Shown here: in pieces, positions 50,481 to 62,560 of the stretch
How positions within the stretch are numbered: the first letter of the stretch is position 1
Layout: every line of letters starts with the position of its first letter
DNA from: Octopus bimaculoides
Taxonomy: Eukaryota
Direction: 5' to 3'
Length of the DNA: 64,000 nucleotides
NCBI RefSeq assembly: GCF_001194135.2
Contig: NC_068995.1
Coordinates: 38,302,507-38,366,506 of the forward strand
Notes under the pieces: generated by a model
The model's database searches: none
Seen by the model: the letters and a program-made list of their open reading frames with translations, nothing else
What the model was told of the DNA's origin: nothing
Translations under genes and position numbers: made by a program

Positions 50481-50539
50481 CTGGCGGGGGGGGGGGGGGG
50501 GGTTTAGAAAAGGTTGAGTTGTGGTCTGTATTTTTGAAT

Positions 50540-51400
50540 AAGATTATTTTCCCTATCTTATGGTGTTTGGTCAGTGGTGTTGTGAGATCCCTGATACATG
50601 TCTGCAGGTATTATTATTAAAATTTAAAAAGTTGTTTTGTAGGATAAACTTAAGGCCCCCGATGAAAAATTCTTTTTCTATTCTTTCCGGGACCTCATTG
50701 GGGTATTTTTCTAGCCAGAATTTAATGACGTCCAGTCCATATTGATGTGGGGTCGTAGTGTAAAGCTATATAACATCAAAGGAGACAATGAAAATGTCTT
50801 TATTGGTATGTTTGGGGAGATGATTTAGTAGGTTCAGGTCATACTATACCTAGTATGAGTTTGAGTATTGGTTTTAAGAGGATATCATATCGATACAGTT
50901 GCTTAATCTGTGTGTTTCACAGTTTGGGCCTGCCACAATTGGTTTCAGTTTAAGATCAGTAGGATGTGGTAAAGTGATGCATGTTTTAGTGGACTTTTTG
51001 CAAGCTTCGGTAACTATTTTGCTCTTGTGGATATTTGGAAGCCCGTAGAGGATGCTGGTATGGCAATTAAAATTTGTTAGGTAGTAGCATAAGTTTGCCA
51101 TTAAGTTATTTCGATATTGGCAAATGAGTGCGTTTAATTTGGTAATTGTTTTTGATTGTTGATAGTTGACTACCGTTTCAAAGTAGGTAGTATCTTGTAA
51201 GAGGTGAGATACAGAGTTTTTATATTGTTCAGTATCCATAATGACAAAAGTACTATCCTTATCTGCTTCCTCTATTGTGATGTCATGATTGTTTCGTAAC
51301 TCATAGATGATTTCCTATTCCCTTTAACGGGTATTGGGTTTGGGTTTAGATTGTGAAAGTTCATTAAAAATAAGCAAGCGCTTGACGGTTTTATAGCGAT
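50540..51400 (-). mobile_element. Penelope-like element RT fragment
   Basis: DKDSTFVIMDTEQY, LYGLPNIHK, KPIVAGPNC and FDV..PHQYGL..IKFWL are typical of PLE RT N-terminal motifs. Confidence 0.8.
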
Positions 51401-51453
51401 TTCAAAAATATGATGCTATGATGCTAGCTGTTTCCATTATTTTGTCCAACCCC

Positions 51454-51484
<31 letters not shown>

Positions 51485-51615
51485 NNNNNNNNNNNNNNNN
51501 NNNNNNNNNNNNNNNNNNNNNNNNNNNNNNNNNNNNNNNNNNNNNNNNNNNNNNNNNNNNNNNNNNNNNNNNNNNNNNNNNNNNNNNNNNNNNNNNNNNN
51601 NNNNNNNNNNNNNNN

Positions 51616-51677
<62 letters not shown>

Positions 51678-52375
51678 AAGTTACCACATCTGCTTAGCAC
51701 TATTCATATCCTGAACAATTAGAATAATCATGGATATTAATGCACAACATATCGATTTTTCATTGCAATAATGAATGTCTTTTTTAACTATAAATCATTC
51801 ATATATTTGTTACTTTATATTTGCACAAACATATTTTAATAGGGTCTTCAAAATAAATTGATTTTCTTGTACAACGTGTCACGGGGACGTTTTTATCTAT
51901 TTTATATCAATATTCCACTTTTTCTTTCTTTTTTTGTCAAAGTTATATCACTTTTCAGTTCTGAAAGGGGACGTAAAAGATATGTACAACATTATTAGAT
52001 TTATACATAATATCTCATATTTTAAGAACAATCTATTTTCAGATATCTATAACATATTGTATTTTTCCAGTCATAATTTTTAAAAGAGGCACAAAATGAA
52101 ATAAAATGAAATAAGACCAAATGAAACAACTGAATAAAATTTGCAAAACTTTCATAAATACAAAATAACATTAAAATATTAAATTTATCTCCGAACATAA
52201 ATGTTTGAATGGTGAGAGCTTGAGTAAAGTTAAATAGAGCATACGATTTGCAGCGGTTAAAGATGGTGTCCATTTCATGTATGCGTGTGCGTTTTAAGTA
52301 TGTATGTATGTATGTATGTATGTATGTATGTATGTATACATGCAAGTGTGCATGTATGTATGTGTGAATGCATGC

Positions 52376-52432
<57 letters not shown>

Positions 52433-53864
52433 ATACGTACACACACACATTCTTTGAGACAGAAACGATGGCCACATTGACGTCAATAGTATGTTTTCAG
52501 TAATAATACCAGAAGCAGCATATTGTTCGCTAAGTTACGTTCACGCAGTATAAGTACTAGTCAACATAGCCATAGGAATAATAAGAAACATAGGAGAAGC
52601 GGCAATAGCTGTTAAACGAAAGTTGATAAGAAATGAAACTTTAGAACATTTGATAAATGATCATGGAATTGTTATCGGGTGAGTTATAATGTGGTATGTA
52701 AATACACCGTACATATTTGATAAAACAACTCTACTATAATTAATATAGTTTGATTGGCAGACTTTAAGAGAATTTTCTTTATTATATATTGGGTCATTAT
52801 CACCTACGAAGAGGAAGAATTCCACTGTCTTAGCCAGCCACCTTCCTTTGAGATATTAATTATTATAACAAAAACTGTAAAGAAGTGACTGGACTTCCTT
52901 TCATCTTTATTGCAATAAATCCACTGAGATTCCAAGTATAAATTCACACTCTCTTTTGTAGCGACAAGAAGATGCTGTCATCTTATGCAGATATTATTAC
53001 TTTCAATTATTTATTGTTCATCATTAATAGATGTGTTCGACTCGACTGATATATCCACATATTTTTTATCATTTTTATTATTTATCTGTTTCTTAAGCTT
53101 ATACTTAGCATTATCTATCATCTCACCTTATGCTTGTAGTCCTGTTGAGCTTAATTTGTTATTATGTAATATGTATGTACAAGATTATATTTTTTATGGT
53201 TCTGTAATGTCTTCTAGTACCATCTTTTAAACTCCACTAAAATTAGAGCATCTTAAGTTGCATTTACATTCACTTAACCTTCAGTTAAGTTCGTCTCGTT
53301 TTGGCACACTTGGGTGGTATCCAAAAATTTAGCAGCAAAATTTCACTCAGGACTATATTCTGCTGGTGACTGAATAAGTCTTGCTAGTCATGCTCATCCC
53401 TCTCTTTCTAACCCTTATGCTTCTTAAAACTCTACTTGTTACGAAGTAAATCTCTTGTCTGTTGTTTTTCTTCTACTAACAAAATCCATGTAATTTCATC
53501 CCATTCCGATCTTCCATACATTGTAAATTTAAAGAGTGATCTAACCATGTTTAGGTGACCTAAATTTTCAATGGCCAGATAACTGAAGAGATGGCGGCGT
53601 GGGTTTCTGCCCCGGCATCTGAAACTCGGAGTCTTATCATGGCTACCAAATAATTGTAACATAGCTTTACCGATATATCTATATATATATATATATATAT
53701 TTATAAATATAATTAAGGGATCAGCAGATATTTGCTTCACCATATACCGAAGTTCAGAAATAGCAGCTAAAAAAGCTGAGAATCCCACAGATAGCATCAG
53801 TTGTAACTCACAAAGGCAAAAACAAGAAGAAAAAACAATGAAAACTAACCAATTCCGATGTTTA

Positions 53865-53923
53865 ACAGTAAACGCGTTTCTAGATCATGATTGATAATAA
53901 TCAATTTCCTTCATCAGTACTGT
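53865..53923 (-). ncRNA. Minimal type-I hammerhead ribozyme motif
   Basis: Minus strand ACAGTA-CTGATGA-A-GGAA-ATTGAT-TATT-ATCAAT-CATGATCTA-GAA-ACGCGT-T/TACTGT: perfect 6-bp stem I, extended stem II, palindromic ACGCGT stem III, GUU triplet. Confidence 0.75.
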
Positions 53924-54429
53924 ATTCCAGTAGTAAATTCGACTATGCTAGCAAACCGTGTAAGCATGGACTAGTAACTTTCGACACCGACACAGGTCTG
54001 AAAGCATAACCGAATCCACCTCGGTCAGCCAGTCCAACTGTCCTTCCCTCAAGAAATTACCATGTGCGCGACAAGTGATATCGCAGAGAATCTGCGTACC
54101 CTTTTAATTTGTAAAAATTGATAATCCTTTACCCTTTTAATTTGTAATAATTGTATATATATATATATATATAGGNNNNNNNNNNNNNNNNCAAAAAACA
54201 ACAACGTGAGGACGTGACACAGATTGTGTTACTAGACACTGGGGAAAGGAAAGCGAGAGAATATGACGTTTCGAGCGGAGCTCTTCGTCGGAAACAAGGA
54301 AAGTCCAAAGACGGGAAAAACAGAGGAAGAAAAAATCGCCACCGAAGACCACAAGGTTACATTGTGGAAGGACCGGAAGGGGAAGGGGTGGAGGAAAAGT
54401 TATTTCTAAGACAGGAGAGTGCAAGAGAG

Positions 54430-55817
54430 AGGTAAGTAGGTGTGCGTGCGCGCAGATCCGTGTGTGTGTGTGTAATAACAGAACTTGTGTGTACGTATGC
54501 ATGTGTGTGTGTTTGGTTTGGCTGTTTATCTGTTAGTATGTGTGTGTTTCTGTGTGTTTGTTGTGTGACGTTGTGGAAGGAATTCGTAGCAGGAATAATT
54601 TGGGAGTGTGTGTGGACAATGGTCAGTAGAAAGCGGGCAGGCTGTTTTTGAGTATGTGTATGTTGTGTGGGTGTTATTTTCTAGCAGTGTGTGCCTGTAT
54701 TTTTGTGTGTGTGTGTGTATGTGNNNNNNNNNNGTTATTTTCTAGCAGTGTGTGCCTGTATTTTTGTGTGCGTGTGTGTATGTGTATATATATGTGTGTG
54801 TACGTGTGTGTGTATATGCGTGCGGTTTGCTCTGTGGATCGCACCTGGGTTATTTCGTGTGTGAGTGTGGGTGCATGTATATGCGTCGTATCTGTACGTA
54901 TGTGTGTTAATGTTTGTTGTGTGTGTATGTGAGTTATGTGTGGGTTCATTTGCGTGTGTGTCCATGTATGTATACCTGTGTGTGTGTGTGTGAATGTGTG
55001 TTGTGTGTGTAGGAGTTATGTGTGGGTTCATTTGCATGTGTGTGTGTGCATGTGTATGTGTGTGTGAGTGTANNNNNNNNNNNNNNNNNNNNNNNNNNNN
55101 NNNNNNNNNNNNNNNNNNNNNNNNNNNNNNNNNNNNNNNNNNNNNNNNNNNNNNNNNNNNNNNNNNNNNNNNNNNNNNNNNNNNNNNNNNNNNNNNNNNN
55201 NNNNNNNNNNNNNNNNNNNNNNNNNNNNNNNNNNNNNNNNNNNNNNNNNNNNNNNNNNNNNNNNNNNNNNNNNNNNNNNNNNNNNNNNNNNNNNNNNNNN
55301 NNNNNNNNNNNNNNNNNNNNNNNNNNNNNNGGGTTCGTTTGTGCATGTGTGTGTATGTGTCTTTTGTGTGTATGCATGTGTGTGTGTGTGTGTGTATGTG
55401 TCTTTTGTGTGTATGCATGTGTGTGTGTGTGTGTGCGCGTATGATGTGTGTTCGTGTGTATGTAGATAGGGGGTTTGTGTGTGGAGGTATATGTGCGTTT
55501 TTTTCGCGCCTATGCATGTGTATGTGTATGTGTATGTGCGTGTATGTGTGCGTGCATGTGTGCATAGGAAAATGGATATGAAAGTAAACATGAACAGACA
55601 AGCACACATACACACACACGCAAATGAAGTTGAATCACACGATCATATATACACACACTTTACTTCACACAAAGACAAATATAGACACACATACATTCAC
55701 ACACATGGAGATACACATACAGACACCGTACATAGTCACAAAAACCCATGCACACAAACATACACACTCAGACATACACACACAAGGAGACAGAGAGAGG
55801 TACACACACATACAAAT

Positions 55818-55863
<46 letters not shown>

Positions 55864-55940
55864 ACACACATAGAAACACACAAACACATGAATATGTAGA
55901 ATACGTACGTATATGTGTATGCGCATATATAATAACCCAA
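54430..55940. repeat. Degenerate TG/CA-rich low-complexity tract with gaps
   Basis: TG-rich then CA-rich; contains short local duplications around N gaps. Confidence 0.9.
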
Positions 55941-56337
55941 GCACATGCACGCAAAAGAAAATAAAATAACACAGCTCGGATAACGGACAGAGTAAACAAC
56001 TATTGAAAAGATTGCAAGGCGGATCGAACATTTTAGAAGAATATATAAGTAGATGAGTGGAAACTTTACCGGTGTGTGTATTAAATTATAAGACACTTAA
56101 AGAGAATCACTCTCCCAAGACACAACAGTATGTATGCATGTAATCAGAACAAGGTGTGCATTCAGAAAAGCATGGAGCTATTACAGTAAGCACCTCGTAA
56201 GGACTCTGCCAACTGTATAGTGTAAATTGTCCATGTAACTGAAACCCAGAAAACCCGACCGATGAAAATATATATCAGAGATTGTATTACTTCGTTATTA
56301 ATTAATGGTGATATATCATATATATGCATGCATATAC

Positions 56338-57262
56338 ACAGCCTGCGGTGGGTACACTTTTGTCATTTTACAATTTTAATTTCGCGCATGCGTCTCTTTT
56401 GTTTTTAGTTATTGTCGCTTACACAGTATAGTAAGGTCAGTTGGGCACCGTCTGTGAGAAAAACTGCACCATGACGCAATTTACTCTGTTAGATATTTTG
56501 GAAACGATATGCTGTGCTGCATGACATTCGTGCCAGAAGCACCAATACGAACATTTCAGATTGTTTGGGTGTCAATCTGAGAACAATGCAAATGATTTTG
56601 AAAGAGTTGGATGAGACTAAAGGAAATTATAAATGTACAGCAGCTCGGAAAACTCATTCGGCTTGTTCTGATAAGAAAGAACCCCTGAATTTTTTGGTGA
56701 GATCCAAGCCATGATTGACAACAATTCCTCTAAGCCCATCGCCAGGGACATGGGAGTGTCTGAGTTTCTTATCAGGCTGGTAGTTCATGAAGACACAAGG
56801 TGAAAAAGGGCCAGATTTTATCTCCAGCCATCAAAGACATGAGAAAAGACCGCACTAGGAAACTTCTGAACAAACTCAAGCATCCCCTTCGAACGAACAT
56901 GCTTTAGTTTTTCTCAGGCGAGAAAAAATTCTGCCATGATCAGATGGTGAACACAGAACAACCATTCACTTGCCGTATCCCAAAATCATGTACGGAGTGT
57001 GATAAAAATCAAACATCCAATTAACATCATGCTGCTTGGAGTGATCACCAGCGATGGTGATATTATGCTTCCATTCATCTTCCTATACGGCCTTAGACTC
57101 CACACCAAGGCCTACATCAAGTGCTAGGAGGAGTTAATGCTGCCCTTGGTCAAGAGGGTGTTTGCTGGAAGAACTTATGTCTGGCAAAAGATTTCTGTGC
57201 TATGCCACACAAGCAGGAGAACCCAGCCATGGCGGTCAGACAATTTCTGCGACCACATCACT
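56338..57262 (+). mobile_element. DD37D (maT-like) transposon, 5' part, 3'-truncated
   Basis: N-terminal ISDCLGVNLRTMQMI.. followed by KHPINIMLLGVITSDGDIMLPFIF..GRTYVWQ..CHTSRRTQ..DNFCDHIT, homologous to the 23838 and 11690 copies. Confidence 0.85.
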
Positions 57263-58168
57263 AGTTTGCTTATTTTCAAACAGAAAAGGAATCGTTTTTT
57301 AAAAGAAAACTGGTGAATTTAAAATCATTTACCTTGTCCCCAGCACCATAAATTCTAAAATTTCGCCCTTTTTTCGAAACGTGTATTCATCGTAATTTTA
57401 AAATAAGTATAGTCCGATATTGCAACTTATACAGATGTCTATAATTTTAGATAATTTTCAGATGCAAAGGTGTGTGATTTAAGGCAGATTTAGCTATTAT
57501 TTCCAGCACATCCCACAACCACCTGGTAGCTTCCTTGATTCTATGCCACTATGGATTTTATTGATGCTTTCCATTTTTTCTTTTAGTAAAGACATTTTAT
57601 GAAATGATTAATTGGAAGTTTTAACCCGAGTGCGGTCCACTGGTGGTGTTTAAGCAACAACAGCAATAAATTTTCCAATTTAAATATTTAAACCCCACCC
57701 TACACCAAGCGTGTGTGCGCGTGTTTGTGTCTGTCTGTCATCGTAAGAGAAATCATATTTTCTAAGAGAAAAGTGTTTTATTAAAATAAGTTATCATATA
57801 CATAGCTGTTTTAATTACCCTGTCACGCTAATGGAATTCCTGTCACACATGCATACACACACTCTGATACAAATACGTACACACTCTCAGCATAAGGGGT
57901 ATACATATATAGAGTGAGCTGGAGTCTGGTAAATATATATAGAGAGAGGAATGTTTCAATGAGAAAAGAGAAAAAGGAAAGAATTGGAGAAATAAAGAGA
58001 GCGTGGGAAAGAGAGAAAGAGAAATATCAAGATAGATAGATATAGAGAGAGTTGCTGTTAGAAGTTTTAACATTTTTAAATTAAGAGAACATTTTCCAGT
58101 TCGGTGTAATGGTGTAATTTTTCACGATGGATTTGTCTGTCTGTTTGTCTGTCTGCGTATCTGTCCAC

Positions 58169-58276
<108 letters not shown>

Positions 58277-58951
58277 CTCTTCATATGACATGCTTTCATC
58301 TTGTTTAAAATCTGTAACAGCAACAGAATAGATCTCTCTCTTGCCCTCTCCTCCTCTCTCACTCTGTCTATTTGTCTAACTCTTTCGTTTTTCGCATTTC
58401 TGATTTCCCTTCTCATCATACATCAGCAAATATCAAGACAGTTTTATTATCGGAATGAGCAGCAAGTGCAATGATGATTTGTTGATCACCATGCTTTAAC
58501 TTTCCATTTGATCATTGTCTTTTCCCCGTAAAGCTTTGGGAGATGAGAGAACATGTAATCACAAGTTAAGATATGAACTATACACTCCTAAACACATCTA
58601 TTGTTCAGTATTCATTCTGTAATATTCAATAGTTACCATATAGATATATTTATAAGTGGAACATTTCGGAGTGTCCATTTGCGTTTAACCTTATGGGAAA
58701 ACTAACACTTGACGGCTGAAACAACATATTACGTATAACAAAAGAATAAAATTACTTATAGCAATTTATTTAATGTATTTTTAATAATACATAAAATTAC
58801 TAACAAAATATTTTTTTGATGTATAACTAAGTGGAAATATCTTTTGCAACATATAATTGTAGTTTTCAAACATTAAATGCATATTCGATCTTCAGATCAT
58901 TTAAAGTATGTGCTTCAAACATATTATATAATGACCCATGGATAAAGAGGA

Positions 58952-58954
<3 letters not shown>

Positions 58955-59046
<92 letters not shown>
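58955..59046. repeat. (GA)n microsatellite in the gene 4 upstream region
   Basis: Near-pure array ~50 nt upstream of TGTATTTAAGGGC. Confidence 0.97.
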
Positions 59047-59093
59047 AATAAAAAAAACATGAATGACGACAGTGGGGATGAGATAAAAAAATC

Positions 59094-59106
59094 TGTATTT
59101 AAGGGC
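59094..59106 (+). promoter_or_regulatory. Candidate TATA-like core promoter element TGTATTTAAGGGC (gene 4)
   Basis: Identical to the gene 3 copy at 44123-44135. Confidence 0.5.
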
Positions 59107-59321
59107 ATTGACGGTCAGAACGAATACTTTCCTACTTCCTATTGCACACCTACACATATCTGCAGACCAACTGCCCCTTTACATAGATCCAAAGACCATC
59201 TAAAATGGTACAGACATTTGAAGACCTGATAATGTATGATAACGTTCATGATAAGCAGTGCTGAATTATATGATCTTCGTTTGATTGCATAACATAAACA
59301 CAGAATCCCATGAAACGCAAG

Positions 59322-59458
59322 GTAATTGGAACTCTTTTTAGACGTTTGTGTATTAATTTGGACACAAAATACATTGTCAGTACATACGTAATTTACATCA
59401 TCCCTATTATTAGGATACTTTTAATAAAAAATACTTCCTATATGTTTTAACTATGCAG
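59322..59458 (+). other. Candidate 5'-UTR intron of gene 4
   Basis: GAAACGCAAG|GTAATT donor and TTTTAACTATGCAG|GAGAAATATATAG acceptor; the same junction contexts occur at 62321 and 62471. Confidence 0.55.
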
Positions 59459-59551
59459 GAGAAATATATAGAAAGACGCAACACATGCACAGACTTAAAT
59501 ATACTAAGAAAAAAAATTATCAAGCGCAATATTTCCTTTAAATTGATCATC

Positions 59552-60697
59552 ATGAAATTGATAGTTGCCTTAATTCATATTTCAATTGCAAGTGCTTCTT
59601 CAGAAAATATACCTCTAAAAACAGTGTTATTCAGCAATTACGATAAAACAAAGAAACCGGCTAATGAGGAAGATGGCTTAGTATATGTAAATGTGTCACT
59701 ATTCGTAGAGAACATTATTGGATTAGACATCAAGCAAGGTGTACTGGCAAGTAATTTAATACTCGGCATAAACTGGCGCGACACTAATCTCAAGTGGGAT
59801 AACTCAAAATACGGGAAAAGTCTCATAAATGTTGAATTAGTTAAGATATGGTACCCTAATATTCAAATATGTAATAGCATAACGGGTAAATTTCATATGG
59901 ATCCGAACATGGCAGTCACTATAAATTCTACCGGGTACATTCACTTGTATATAGACGAAATATTCAAAACTTACTGCAGGATTAACGTTCAGAAATATCC
60001 TTTTGATGAGCACGAATGTGATATATTGGTTTGCTTTGCGCATCTGATGCATATGGAGGAAAGAATAGGTGCGTTTGAGTACGATATAGAATCCAAATCC
60101 AAATCAAAACAATGGAATTTCAAATTTGAAGAGATTGACACGGGAAAGACGAATATTACAGCAGTGGGCCTTACAGTTCACAGCAAGAGAAAAATTAACA
60201 GTGCAACAATAACAAAAATTATACCCCCAATTATGTTAACATTTTTGATCTTTGCTGTCCATCTGCTCCCGGCTGACTCAGGAGAGAAAGTTTCACTTGC
60301 AATCACTGTTTTTCTTACAAACATAGTTTTCCTTTCTGAAACTGAAAAAACATTGGGTAATAATTCTGAGGAACCATCTGCATATCTAATATATCTCTTA
60401 ATTTTGACATTTGTCAGCGGTTGTTCTACTGTCGTGTCAGTAATTATATGTAAAGTGCATGCTCACCAGACTGGATCGAAAAATAACTCAACTCCAGAAA
60501 TTGCAAACGAAACAAATAGATCAAGAAACAGGGTTGGTGTTTCAGAAATCTCAGATGAACAAAATATGAAGATAAAGGCGAAAACTGCGTATAAAAAACA
60601 TGTTATAACATCTCAGAAACTAGACAAAATATCTGTGTCAATAATTGTCGTATTTCTCATGCTCTATATCATAATTGCTTTGTCAGATATTAAGTAA
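59552..60697 (+). CDS. Cys-loop receptor 4: chemotactile-receptor-like subunit, single coding exon (381 aa)
   Basis: ATG 59552 (MKLIVALIHIS) aligns with the paralogue starts; WYPNIQICN, Cys-loop CRINVQKYPFDEHEC, PADSGEKVS, four TM segments; intact to TAA 60695-60697. Confidence 0.95.
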   Translation: MKLIVALIHISIASASSENIPLKTVLFSNYDKTKKPANEEDGLVYVNVSLFVENIIGLDIKQGVLASNLILGINWRDTNLKWDNSKYGKSLINVELVKIWYPNIQICNSITGKFHMDPNMAVTINSTGYIHLYIDEIFKTYCRINVQKYPFDEHECDILVCFAHLMHMEERIGAFEYDIESKSKSKQWNFKFEEIDTGKTNITAVGLTVHSKRKINSATITKIIPPIMLTFLIFAVHLLPADSGEKVSLAITVFLTNIVFLSETEKTLGNNSEEPSAYLIYLLILTFVSGCSTVVSVIICKVHAHQTGSKNNSTPEIANETNRSRNRVGVSEISDEQNMKIKAKTAYKKHVITSQKLDKISVSIIVVFLMLYIIIALSDIK

Positions 60698-60904
60698 TAA
60701 TGACAAAGAAGAAAATCGCCAATAATTTGAGTTGCGAGGTAATGTTTGGAAAGACTAACACATGGTGTCCTGAAATTAAGACAACGAAGTCTCGATCTTT
60801 AATAACTGACAATGAATGTGATAAGATATGAAGATTATATATAATTATAGAATATTAATGTGTGTACTTTCTGTTTCGGACTAAAGTCAATTAGATAATG
60901 GCTA

Positions 60905-61260
60905 TACAACGAAATACAATCCTAACCCTCCACAAGGACAAAAGTATCGCAGCAATAGCAAACAAGCTTAAAATTAAGAAAATAACAGTCTGGAAAATTG
61001 TCAAGAAATTGAAATAGTCTGGTTCCATCACCAGTCGACCTGGACAAAAGTAGTGTCCGGGCGCCTCAGCCTATCAGATGTTCTAGAGAAATGATACGCC
61101 GAAATTCTCATTGTTCCGTCAATAAAACTGGCTCTCACAGCAAAAGTAAGACGAACATCGATCTATCGAATGTTGTAGAAAAATCTCAGGACTTACCACT
61201 AGATGATCTGTCGTTACGAGCTCATATATTTTTATAAGGCCATGAGATTAGAGATAAGAA
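60905..61260 (+). mobile_element. Tc1/mariner-type transposase N-terminal (HTH) relic
   Basis: KSIAAIANKLKIKKITVWKIVKK..GS..RPG and ..IRRNSH..KLA resemble the bipartite HTH region; stops and frameshifts present. Confidence 0.55.
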
Positions 61261-61790
61261 CACATGCAGACAGGCACTTCCGTGAAGAAACATCTACGAA
61301 AATGCTAGACCCGAGAGCTCACAGTGCATATCATGGCAATACAGCGCAACAGAGGCAACCTTAGAATCTCCGAAGACATATATAATTTTTTCATGTATGT
61401 AACATTGTCTGACATTTTCATCTTGAAATAAATTGTGTTCAAGAGTTTTGTATCTAACGTCGTAAGGACTACTCAAAAAACATGCTTTCCCAACGAGCGG
61501 TACTCCACGTGAGTGAGACCATGTAGGAGACCAAGCTGCATCTTTGCATGGTTCCTAATTCTACTCTTTAAGGTCAGTATGAGCAGCAGGTTCCATGCAG
61601 ATTTGTCGATAACGAACTTGAACCATTTGATCCGTGTCATTTCCTCAAATACATTTTCCTTTGTGATCAGACAGGACAAGAAACGACAAGGTAAAATATA
61701 AGCTTACACACTCCTAAAAACATCAATTGTTCAGTAACCATTGTGTAATCTTCAGTAGTTAGCAACAGACAAAATAATTGTTAACTTTTG

Positions 61791-61824
<34 letters not shown>

Positions 61825-62320
61825 CTGGAAAATTCCTGAGTGTCCATCAGAAAAGAATATAATTACCAATTACACGATATGTATTTTATGTATTGTTTAT
61901 TCATGACAGATAAGCGAAAATATCTATTACGGCAAGTGATTGTAGTTTACAAGTCTTAAATTCATATTCTATGTTTGACACATTTAAGGCTTGTGCTTCA
62001 AGTATATTATATATTGGCTTATGCATAGTGAGAAAAGTACAGTCATATGAAAGAAAAAGAAAACGTGTGCGACAGTCTGGGAGAGACTGAAGAACACTTG
62101 TTTCAGAACGAATAATTTCATACCTGGTAGTGCACTTCTACATACACATGCAGACCATACACATTATCTCACAGATCCGAAGGCCATGAAGACCATCTAA
62201 AATGCTACAGACATTTGAATACCTGATCATATATGATAACATTCCTGATAAGGCATACTGAACTATAAGATATTCTTTTGTTTGCATTACATAAACACAG
62301 ATAATCCTATGAAACGCAAG

Positions 62321-62471
62321 GTAATTGGAACTCTTTTAATTTAGACGTTTATTTATCAATTTGGACAGAAAATAGATTGTCAGTACATATGTAACTTATA
62401 CCATTTCTATTATTAGAATACTTTTAATAAAAAATATTTGTCAAGGTCTTCTATACGCTTCACATATATAG
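62321..62471 (+). other. Candidate 5'-UTR intron of the pseudogene
   Basis: GAAACGCAAG|GTAATTGG and CATATATAG|GAGAAATATATAG, homologous to gene 4. Confidence 0.5.
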
Positions 62472-62560
62472 GAGAAATATATAGAAAAATGCAATACATT
62501 TGCAAACTTCTAACATGATGCGAAATAACAAAACGGAATATTTCCCTTTAATAAATCATC

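Noticed and set aside
54664-54775. Duplicated TTATTTTCTAGCAGTGTGTGCCTGTATTTTTGTGTG on either side of a 9-N gap
   Set aside because: Most likely overlapping contig ends left unmerged by the assembler.
523-55619. Long ORFs containing X runs, or poly-H/T, C/V, Y/I, N, K, F, L or E/R
   Set aside because: They arise from N gaps and microsatellite or low-complexity DNA, with no protein-family motifs.
59453-59551. 33-aa N-terminal extension of gene 4 from ATG 59453
   Set aside because: Not signal-peptide-like and absent from paralogues; this ATG lies inside the candidate UTR intron just before its AG acceptor (59457-59458).
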